Below are positions 17,930-24,938 of a DNA stretch of 32,000 nucleotides, one piece after another. The stretch covers positions 6,496 to 38,495 of the forward strand of contig CANGHG010000005.1 in NCBI GenBank assembly GCA_947453645.1, given 5' to 3'. Numbering within the stretch: position 1 is the first letter of the stretch; each line of letters begins with the position of its first letter. The stretch comes from Comamonadaceae bacterium (GTDB lineage Bacteria > Pseudomonadota > Gammaproteobacteria > Burkholderiales > Burkholderiaceae_C). Made by a program: the position numbers and the translations under genes. Under the pieces are notes generated by a model. The model worked only from the letters and a program-made list of their open reading frames with translations, was not told the origin of the DNA and made no database searches.

Positions 17930-19796
17930 GTTGATGGATCGCGGCTGATTTGATTTCCCCTTCGAGGGCCAAGCTGTCGTAAACCGCTTTGAGTTGATCC
18001 AAGCTCAAGGCGCTGTGGCCCTCGTCCGAGCGCCAACGTGCACGCACAAAGCCATAGCGGTCAATTGAAAATTCCAAGCGTGCCACATCCACCTCCTGGT
18101 TTTGAAAATCGGGCGCGGCAAAGGTGCGTCTGTACTGCGCCCAAGCCTTGGCAATCACACCCTGGGGATCGGCCAGCAAAATGGCTTCACAAGGCCCTTT
18201 CACCAAACCCTCAAGCCATTTGGCGTCTGGCACCACCACCACCAATTGCGCGGGAAAGCCCTTCATGTTTTGCAGCAGATCGCGCACCCTTTGCAATTCC
18301 GAGGTTCGGTTGACGATGATCAGGTGCACCGCATGCAAACCACGCCATTCGGACAAGGACATGTAGTTGTTCTGGCCCACTTGAAAGCGAAAGTCGATGC
18401 TGGGCAACCAGGGGTTGAAAGGCGCGGGTTTGTCGCTGAGGCTGCGCGATTCGTGACCCAAGGACAGCGCAATCAGGTAATTGATCAAGTGCCAGCGCTC
18501 ATCCACCGACAGCACCGAGGCAAAGCCCGGCATGGCTCCTCGGCCATGGCTTAGCCACCAAAACATATCGCCATGGGTGTGCCAGCTCACATGGGGCTCG
18601 GTGAGGTTGGCCGCCGGGAGTTTGTTCAGCTGTGCCACGGGCCCATCGCCCAAACCGTGCAGGCCGTGGCAGTCGGTGCAGTACTGTTGGTACAAGTCTT
18701 GCCCCGCCATCACCGAGTCCGCGTCCAATCGGGCCGATGAATGCATGTAGGTGCTGGGGTAAGCCGGTATGGTGGTGGCAGGCAGGGCCAGCGCCAAAGA
18801 GGCCAATCCCCCCAAGGCCAACAAACCCCGCGCCATGCGCTTGAATCGGGTGCGCAACACCGCCCACAGCAGCAGCCCTAGCAAGCCCAAGGCCGCCGCC
18901 CACAGCAAAGCCTGGGTGGTGTTGGCCGGGTCTTGTTTCCAGGCCAGCACAGGGGCCCAGCGGATGGCAAAAGGCCACACGATCGTGTCGTGGGCAGCAG
19001 GCACGGTGGCGGCCAACATGCTGGCGCTGAACAACACGCCCAAGGCCAGGCCTGCCTCGCTGCTGAGCCAGGCTTGGGCCATGGCATGCGCGGCTGCGGA
19101 CTTTGACAACCAGCGGCGCAACTGCCAAGCACACCACAAGGCGGCGGCTACCAAACAGAGTTTGATCAACAACAACCAGCCATAGGGCGTGGCCAACAAG
19201 CCGGGCCAAGTGGCCACGCTCCAACGGCTGAGCATGACGCCACTGACCAGCAGCAAGCCCATGCCGGGCAAAGCCCATTTGGAAAACCAATGCAAGCGCT
19301 CACGCCAAGCGGCATGCACCACATCAGCCTGGCGTGCGGCCAAGAGCAGACCCAAGATGCCCGCCAACCACAACTGCGCGAGCAACACATGCAACACCGA
19401 AAGCGCTGACAGCCCCAAGCTTTCAGCCGAGGACACCACATGGCCGCTGAAGGCCATGCCGGCCATCACCAAGAACAGCAAGCCCCACAAAGCCCAGTGG
19501 CGGGGTCGCCATTGAAACAAGGCCAAGGCCAAGATCAGCAAAACGGTTTGTGCCAACAACACCCGACCCACATGGGTTTGCAAGGCATTCAGCCAAGGCT
19601 GCTCGCTGGCCATGAGGGCTTGCAAAGACCAGGACAAGTCGAGCACGCGGCCCAATTGCACCACCAGCGCAGCCACGAGCAAACGGCTGCACCAGCGTTG
19701 CAGCTGAGCAAGGGAGAGTCGTTGGTTCCACAACAGGCCCCACAGCAGCGCCATCAATGCGATTTGCAAGCCTCGCAGGACGGCAGCGGTGTCCAC
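17922..19796 (-). CDS. copD: CopD-family membrane protein fused to a class I c-type cytochrome domain and a C-terminal Cys-less thioredoxin-like domain
   Basis: The N-terminal ~345 aa are polytopic and follow copC. Next come CTDCH (CxxCH) with a downstream GAMPGF Met. The last ~190 aa have a Trx/AhpC-TSA-like pattern (IDFRF..MSLSEWRG..HLIIV, LLADPQGVIAKAW, EFSIDRYGFVRARW) with no CxxC. Start uncertain: GTG at 19796, 5 nt after the copC stop, is chosen; the track start is 19868; the ATG at 19754 is an alternative. Confidence 0.7.
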   Translation of the reverse strand: MDTAAVLRGLQIALMALLWGLLWNQRLSLAQLQRWCSRLLVAALVVQLGRVLDLSWSLQALMASEQPWLNALQTHVGRVLLAQTVLLILALALFQWRPRHWALWGLLFLVMAGMAFSGHVVSSAESLGLSALSVLHVLLAQLWLAGILGLLLAARQADVVHAAWRERLHWFSKWALPGMGLLLVSGVMLSRWSVATWPGLLATPYGWLLLIKLCLVAAALWCAWQLRRWLSKSAAAHAMAQAWLSSEAGLALGVLFSASMLAATVPAAHDTIVWPFAIRWAPVLAWKQDPANTTQALLWAAALGLLGLLLWAVLRTRFKRMARGLLALGGLASLALALPATTIPAYPSTYMHSSARLDADSVMAGQDLYQQYCTDCHGLHGLGDGPVAQLNKLPAANLTEPHVSWHTHGDMFWWLSHGRGAMPGFASVLSVDERWHLINYLIALSLGHESRSLSDKPAPFNPWLPSIDFRFQVGQNNYMSLSEWRGLHAVHLIIVNRTSELQRVRDLLQNMKGFPAQLVVVVPDAKWLEGLVKGPCEAILLADPQGVIAKAWAQYRRTFAAPDFQNQEVDVARLEFSIDRYGFVRARWRSDEGHSALSLDQLKAVYDSLALEGEIKSAAIHQHD

Positions 19797-19801
19797 GTTG
19801 T

Positions 19802-20158
19802 TCAGGGTTTGACTTTGAAGCCGAGTCGGCCTTTGCCAGGGTGGCCGTCTTTGGCCAAGATGGACCAATCCACTTGGTACTCATGGGCCTGGTGCGGGGG
19901 CAGGTTGATTTGCAAGACCTTGCCAGAGGCGTCCCACTGCAAGCTATTGGCGGGCAAGGGCAACACCTGCTGATCGGCCTGCACTTCGATGCGTGAGAAT
20001 TTTTTCTCAACCGGCTCAGAAAACCGCAACCGCAGTTGCTGAGGCGATTGGGCAATCACCGCATTCGCTGGCGGCTCGCTGTCAAGCAAATGGGCGTGCG
20101 CAGCGGCCAGCATGGGCAGGCACAGCCACAAACCGACAAAGACAGTTGCCAGACGCAT
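19802..20158 (-). CDS. copC: CopC-family periplasmic copper-binding protein (Cu(II)-site-only type)
   Basis: The signal peptide ends LAAA, followed by HAHLLDSEP (N-terminal His). A DGH motif lies near the C-terminus (AKDGHPGKGRLGFKV). No Met-rich Cu(I) motif. The ATG at 20158 is 2 nt after the pmoD-like stop; the track start at 20164 is TTG. Confidence 0.8.
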   Translation of the reverse strand: MRLATVFVGLWLCLPMLAAAHAHLLDSEPPANAVIAQSPQQLRLRFSEPVEKKFSRIEVQADQQVLPLPANSLQWDASGKVLQINLPPHQAHEYQVDWSILAKDGHPGKGRLGFKVKP

Positions 20159-20160
20159 GG

Positions 20161-20724
20161 TCAATGCACTTGCTGATCGGCTTGCTTGGCGATGTCTTTG
20201 TGCAAACGCTGACGACCCAGGGCCAAACCGCCCATGCCCAGGGCCAACAAAGCAATGGCCCCCAGGAAGTAATACAGCAACCCACCCCGTGGTTTGCCCA
20301 CCGCAAACGGGAACACCGAGGCGTGCTTTTGCCCTTCGCCGGCATAGACCAAGCCGACATAGTCGCCGTCGTCCATGAAGTCGTGACGCACCATCAGCGT
20401 GCCACGCGGGTAGGTGGCAGGCGGCAATTTGTACACCACGGGCGCCGCGTCCAAGGGACCGTCGGTTTTGCGAACAATCCGAAACTCCACGGGCATGTCG
20501 CGCAAAGTCAGGTCCACCATGTCGAGCACGATGATGGTGGGGCCTTTGTGCGGGATGTCTTCACAAAACTCGGTGCGTTGCGCGTCTTCTTGGTAGCCCG
20601 CGAAATGCATCATGTACGGGCCCACCGATAGCTTGCACATGTCTTGTTCCATGGACAAGCCACCGTGCGCCCAAGCGCCCAGGGCTGTCCATGAAAACGC
20701 CGCTGCAATCAGAAATCGTTTCAT
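20161..20724 (-). CDS. pmoD: PmoD/AmoD-like periplasmic cupredoxin-type protein with C-terminal membrane anchor
   Basis: Track ORF trimmed to the ATG at 20724 (7 nt after the xmoB stop). Signal peptide MKRFLIAAAFSWTALGAWA. Motif C-x7-M-x-H (CKLSVGPYMMH). C-terminal TM helix LLYYFLGAIALLALGMGGLAL. Sits between the B subunit and copCD, as amoD/pmoD does. Confidence 0.65.
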   Translation of the reverse strand: MKRFLIAAAFSWTALGAWAHGGLSMEQDMCKLSVGPYMMHFAGYQEDAQRTEFCEDIPHKGPTIIVLDMVDLTLRDMPVEFRIVRKTDGPLDAAPVVYKLPPATYPRGTLMVRHDFMDDGDYVGLVYAGEGQKHASVFPFAVGKPRGGLLYYFLGAIALLALGMGGLALGRQRLHKDIAKQADQQVH

Positions 20725-20731
20725 GCAGGGC

Positions 20732-21991
20732 TCACAGTGCGGTGAACGTGGGCAGGATGGGCCCGCCAATTTCACTCAAGCTGCGGTTGCCCGACTTGTC
20801 CACAAAGAACAGCAAGCCACCGAACTTGGAGTCCACGTCGGTCAAGAAGCTGACCAGTCGCTCGACTTCCCACAGCGCATCGCTGGCTTCCATCTTGATG
20901 TCACGGGTTTCACCAGGCATGAGTGGTTTTTGGTCGCTCAAGCCCAGGCCACCTCGGGCCACCAGGTCGCGTGGGTAATCGGCTGACACCGCTTTGTCGG
21001 CACCAGGCGCTTGTTGATTGACAAAGCGCAAGTTGGCCGTGGCGAACTCCAGGATGGTCACGGGTTCGCTGCCGTGGTTGGTCATGCGGGCCACCACGTG
21101 CATGGCGCGTCCGGGCACGTCGTAATTGGCCTTGAGCACCTTGACTTCCACATCGCCCTTGGCTTTGGGCAAGGGGTCGACCTTGTTGGTACCAGCTTGC
21201 AATGGCACGACATAGGGGTACTCGTGCTTGGCGTAGATGTAGCCGCCAAAGGAAAGGGCCACGACCACCACGCCCAAAATCACGCCCACCGTGATGTCGC
21301 GGTTGGTGATCAGCACGTCTTCACGGCCTTTGTTCAGCGCAATCCAGCGAGGTAACAACAAGGGGCGCACCAACCAGAACAACAACCAAAACGCGGCCAA
21401 GGCCAACCACACGCCATACCACTTGAGGGCGCGTGAAATACCGTAGTACTCCAGGTTTTCAATTTCAGCACCGTTCATGGTGGTGACTTTTTGTACAAAG
21501 TCGCCCTTGGTGCCTGTGACTTCAATCCACTGGCCAGGGCCCACCAAAGGTCCAGAGCCCTTGACCGACAACAGCGGGTGGATGTGGTGACGCCCAGGGA
21601 TGCGGCCTTTCATGACCAGCTTGAACTCATAGTCACGGCCCAACTCCAATTTGGAGAAGGATTGACGAGCGGGCATGCCGTTCAAATAGCTTTCCACACG
21701 AGTGATCATGGGGCCAGGTGCATAGGCCGACAAAAACACGGTGTCGGGCAGGCTGACCGCGTCGGGCCAGTCTTCCATCAAACGGAACTTGCCGATCAAG
21801 GTGAACTCTTCATTGACCTTGACGGTTTTTTTGTCGTAATGAACATCGTAGTACTGCACGGTGCGGGTGCGCAGGTAAGGCTCTTGCGAACGTTCACCAT
21901 GGGCCCAGGCGGACTCGGTGGCCACGCCTGCCAACACCAGCAAACCCAAACACAGCGCGAACAACTTGCTTATTTTTTGAATGAAATACAC
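20732..21991 (-). CDS. xmoB: Copper membrane monooxygenase subunit B (PmoB/AmoB family)
   Basis: Start re-assigned to the GTG at 21991 (AAGGGGA RBS; 26 nt after the xmoA stop). The track start at 22162 would overlap xmoA. The signal peptide ends ESAWA, followed by HGERSQEPYLRTRT (N-terminal His). HHIH lies ~105 residues later (HxH). Two central TM helices and a C-terminal beta-rich domain. 419 aa. Confidence 0.88.
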   Translation of the reverse strand: MYFIQKISKLFALCLGLLVLAGVATESAWAHGERSQEPYLRTRTVQYYDVHYDKKTVKVNEEFTLIGKFRLMEDWPDAVSLPDTVFLSAYAPGPMITRVESYLNGMPARQSFSKLELGRDYEFKLVMKGRIPGRHHIHPLLSVKGSGPLVGPGQWIEVTGTKGDFVQKVTTMNGAEIENLEYYGISRALKWYGVWLALAAFWLLFWLVRPLLLPRWIALNKGREDVLITNRDITVGVILGVVVVALSFGGYIYAKHEYPYVVPLQAGTNKVDPLPKAKGDVEVKVLKANYDVPGRAMHVVARMTNHGSEPVTILEFATANLRFVNQQAPGADKAVSADYPRDLVARGGLGLSDQKPLMPGETRDIKMEASDALWEVERLVSFLTDVDSKFGGLLFFVDKSGNRSLSEIGGPILPTFTAL

Positions 21992-22017
21992 GGTGAATCC
22001 CCTTGTGTGTTGGCGCT

Positions 22018-22857
22018 TCAAGCGTCTGCCTTGGTGCCCATCATGGCCATGACTTTTTTGTTGTTCGGCAGGAATTTCATGCTCGACATGGCAATGCCCA
22101 AATACCACCAGGCGTAGTGCATGAAGATGCAGATGAAGCCGCCGAACAAAGCCGACACCCAACTGGCCGAGTCACCAAAGGTGCGCAAGGTGCCGCGCTC
22201 AATGATGCGGATGTACTCGGGCGTGGCCGAGCGGGGATAGACATAGCCAATCAAGTCGGCCATGGAGGCCATCATGCCTTGGTGGCTGACGGGCACGTAA
22301 AACGGCGCAAAGATGGTGTAGTTGGAGGGGTAGAACAAAAACGCAAACGCAAAGCCGCCGAAGATGGCGGTGAACAAGGCGTTGCGAAACACCAGCAAGA
22401 ACACATCCAAGACGATGGCGCCAGCAATCATTTGCGCGGGCAACACCAGGTTCAAGGGGTAGTCGGTCCACCACATGAACGAGGCTGGGCGTGAGATGGA
22501 CACGGCCACCATCAAACAGGTGGCACCCACCGTGGCACCAATGGGCAAGCGAAAGTAAGTCCAGAAGATGCCTTGCAAGGCCGCCGGGAACATGATCATG
22601 ACCACTGGGCTCAAGAGCGGCCAGTACTGGCGGTCTTTCCAGTCCAAGAACATGTCCCAGTCGCCCGCCAACAGCAACACGTGCAAGTGGATGGCGCCGG
22701 CAAACAGCATGATGATGGCGGCGACCACGAACAATTCGAAGACGCGGGAGAAATGCAGGGCTTTGGGCGACAGACCTGAGACGCTTTCCACGGTATCGTG
22801 GGCGTGCGTTTGTCCTGCCGCAGCACCCCGAGGGTGTTGCAGTGTTTCTGTGTTCAT
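22018..22857 (-). CDS. xmoA: Copper membrane monooxygenase subunit A (PmoA/AmoA family)
   Basis: 279 aa. LLAGDWDMFLDWKDRQYWP, FYPSNY, and ATPEYIRIIERGTLRTFG match hallmark PmoA/AmoA blocks. AGGAA RBS. 26 nt after the xmoC stop. Confidence 0.9.
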   Translation of the reverse strand: MNTETLQHPRGAAAGQTHAHDTVESVSGLSPKALHFSRVFELFVVAAIIMLFAGAIHLHVLLLAGDWDMFLDWKDRQYWPLLSPVVMIMFPAALQGIFWTYFRLPIGATVGATCLMVAVSISRPASFMWWTDYPLNLVLPAQMIAGAIVLDVFLLVFRNALFTAIFGGFAFAFLFYPSNYTIFAPFYVPVSHQGMMASMADLIGYVYPRSATPEYIRIIERGTLRTFGDSASWVSALFGGFICIFMHYAWWYLGIAMSSMKFLPNNKKVMAMMGTKADA

Positions 22858-22883
22858 GATGAATTCCTAGGTGAGGAGACCGT

Positions 22884-23663
22884 TCAGGCCGTTTCGTTCT
22901 TGAAAACGATGGGCATGAGTTCGCGGAAACGCGAGATGATTTGCATCAACACGCCAGCGAGAGAGAGGGCGTTCCAGCCCAGTACCGCAAAGCCCCAGTG
23001 CAAGGGATGCGAGAAGATTTCTTCGGTCAACCAGTAAGCATGACCCCATTCGTTGTAGCCCAGGTTGGGCAAAATGAGGAAGGGGCCGACCACCGCGAAC
23101 ACGTGCATCAAGGAGATGCCTTTGCAGAATGCGGGGATGCGGGTCATGGCATACACAAAGCTGCCAATGCCAAACATGAGGTACATGGGGATGCATGCGT
23201 AAAACAACACCACATGGCTGGGTGTGATGGGCGTGTCGCGCAGCACGGTTTGGTGCCAGTTGCCGTCGCCTTCGCCAAAGAAGCTGCCAATCCAGTAGAA
23301 GGTGAAGGTGTAGACCACCAACCACATGGTCAGGTAGAAATAGCGCTTGAGTTCTTCTTCGGGGGTGATGGCGTCGATGTTGCGGTCACGCGTGAAGAAC
23401 AGGTAGACCTGAATCAGGGCCACGATGCCAAACAAAATGGGCAGCTGGGTCCAGAACAAGCGCATCCAAATGTCTTGGAAGATGGGTTCGGTGGAGTCCA
23501 GACCAGCGGACATGCCATACATCTGTTGGTAGACGCGGTAGGACACATAAACACCGGTCAGCACAATCATGGTGACCGCGAACCAGATGTAGCTCAGGGT
23601 GAAACGCGACGTGGTGTCGCGGCTTTCGGTGAGATGCAGATCTCGGCTGCTCAAGGTGGACAT
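22884..23663 (-). CDS. xmoC: Copper membrane monooxygenase subunit C (PmoC/AmoC family)
   Basis: The ATG at 23663 is preceded by AAGGAG-N7; the track start is 23720. 259 aa. GDGNWHQTVLRDTPITPSH (D-x3-H-x12-H) and NEWGHAYWLTEEIFSHPLHWGF (N-x3-H-x13-H) reproduce the two PmoC metal-site ligand patterns. Confidence 0.9.
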   Translation of the reverse strand: MSTLSSRDLHLTESRDTTSRFTLSYIWFAVTMIVLTGVYVSYRVYQQMYGMSAGLDSTEPIFQDIWMRLFWTQLPILFGIVALIQVYLFFTRDRNIDAITPEEELKRYFYLTMWLVVYTFTFYWIGSFFGEGDGNWHQTVLRDTPITPSHVVLFYACIPMYLMFGIGSFVYAMTRIPAFCKGISLMHVFAVVGPFLILPNLGYNEWGHAYWLTEEIFSHPLHWGFAVLGWNALSLAGVLMQIISRFRELMPIVFKNETA

Positions 23664-23858
23664 CGACGGACTCCTTTTGTTCGGTGTGAAAAACCGTTTA
23701 TCAACAATTAACCTTTGCATTTTTTGGACATAAGCCCCTTTGCGACAACGGTGTTTACACCTAGATCATGCAAGGTTTTTCATGTTTTTCAGCTGATCTC
23801 CTGGATATTTCAGGTAGCAATCGGCAATTTCATGCATTAAATTGCATGTTGATACCGA
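23664..23858 (-). promoter_or_regulatory. xmoC upstream leader/promoter region (AT-rich, with repeats); exact promoter not identified
   Basis: Hand count gives 41 of 100 G+C for 23721-23820, against ~54-68 in nearby coding samples. RBS AAGGAG at 23671-23676. Inverted repeat CATGCA-N6-TGCATG at 23831-23848. Direct repeat GTTTTTCA at 23775-23782 and 23784-23791. TGCATG or its near-variants recur. Confidence 0.4.
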
Positions 23859-24200
23859 CTACCAACCCAAGCCGATGTGCAAGGGCAAATAGACCGTCAT
23901 GCCCACCACGATGGTGCCCAGCACCGCCTGACCCTGGCCGCGTCGCCAAAAGTAAAAGGCCGCGCCCGTGGTTGCCGCGTAAATGCGGGCATCAGCAAGT
24001 GAGCTGATGAGTGCGCCTTGGCGCATGACGATTTCCGGGATGATGACCGCGCTCAAAGCCGCAATGGGTGCATAACGCAAGCCTCTGTCGGCCCAGGCAG
24101 GGAAGGGCAACTCCTGCTCGAACATGAAAAAGAAACAGCGGGTGACCACGGTCACGACGCCCAAGGCGGCCACAGTCAGGTAAATCCACCCATCGCTCAT
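23859..24200 (-). CDS. azlD: AzlD-family branched-chain amino acid transport protein
   Basis: 113 aa, hydrophobic. Overlaps the azlC stop by 4 nt. Classic azlCD pairing. Confidence 0.8.
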   Translation of the reverse strand: MSDGWIYLTVAALGVVTVVTRCFFFMFEQELPFPAWADRGLRYAPIAALSAVIIPEIVMRQGALISSLADARIYAATTGAAFYFWRRGQGQAVLGTIVVGMTVYLPLHIGLGW

Positions 24201-24931
24201 TGGCGCGCCTCCTCACCCGCCAAAGGCGTGCGTTCCAGCAGCAAACACATGGCCACGGCGGCCGCGATGGCCACCACGATGTTGAGTTTCAAGGGCAGGG
24301 CATAAGCCGCCACCGCCGCTGCACCCGAGACGCCCGCCGACACCCGGCGCAAGCGGCTGTCTGAAAGCGAGCACATGACGCCTACCAAGGCCAGCACGCC
24401 TGCAAATCCCAAGCCCCAACTGCCTGGAATTTGGCTGGCCATGAACACGCCCACCAGGCTCGATATTTGCCAGCCAATCCAATTCAAAAAGCAGTTGCCC
24501 GATAAATAGGCCATCTCGGCACGCTGGCCTGACGCGTCTTGTGCGGGCTGTGAAAAGCGCCTGACAAACATCACATAGCTCATGTCGGCGGTGATGTAAC
24601 CCAGGCACATGCGTTGCCACCGCGGCCAGCTCATGAGGTACTGGCGCAGGTGCATGCTGAACACCACAAAGCGCAAATTGACACAAAACGCGGTGGCCAG
24701 CACCACCCAAAATGGCGCGCCCACCGCCAGCATGGGCGTGACCGCCAATTGCGAACTGCCTGCATAGACCAGCAGCGTCATGGCGGTCGACACCTCCACG
24801 CTCAAGCCCGACTGCACCATGGCCACACCGGTCATCAAACCCCAGGCCCAGATGCCAGGTGCGACCGACAAAATATCACGCATGCCCTCTTTGAAGGCCG
24901 GGTGCTTGTAGTTGGCAGGATCGAAAAACAT
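24197..24931 (-). CDS. azlC: AzlC-family branched-chain amino acid permease subunit
   Basis: Track ORF trimmed to the ATG at 24931 (MFFDPANYKHPAFKEGMRD...), 7 nt after the fmt stop. Polytopic. AGSSQL motif. Confidence 0.8.
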   Translation of the reverse strand: MFFDPANYKHPAFKEGMRDILSVAPGIWAWGLMTGVAMVQSGLSVEVSTAMTLLVYAGSSQLAVTPMLAVGAPFWVVLATAFCVNLRFVVFSMHLRQYLMSWPRWQRMCLGYITADMSYVMFVRRFSQPAQDASGQRAEMAYLSGNCFLNWIGWQISSLVGVFMASQIPGSWGLGFAGVLALVGVMCSLSDSRLRRVSAGVSGAAAVAAYALPLKLNIVVAIAAAVAMCLLLERTPLAGEEARQ

Positions 24932-24938
24932 GGTGAGT

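Noticed and set aside
20732-23720. Naming the operon specifically amoCAB (ammonia) or pmoCAB (methane).
   Set aside because: CuMMO substrate cannot be read from motifs. The window contains no hao/cyt c554 and no methanol, alcohol or aldehyde dehydrogenase genes. The neutral name xmoCAB is used until phylogeny or physiology is available.
23664-23858. A sigma54 (GG-N10-GC) or clear sigma70 (-35/-10) promoter upstream of xmoC.
   Set aside because: I scanned the minus strand by eye. The TTGCAT, TTGCCG, TTGTCG and TTGTTG candidates lack a properly spaced -10. No GG-N10-GC precedes any TTGC. Left as unresolved rather than reporting a promoter.
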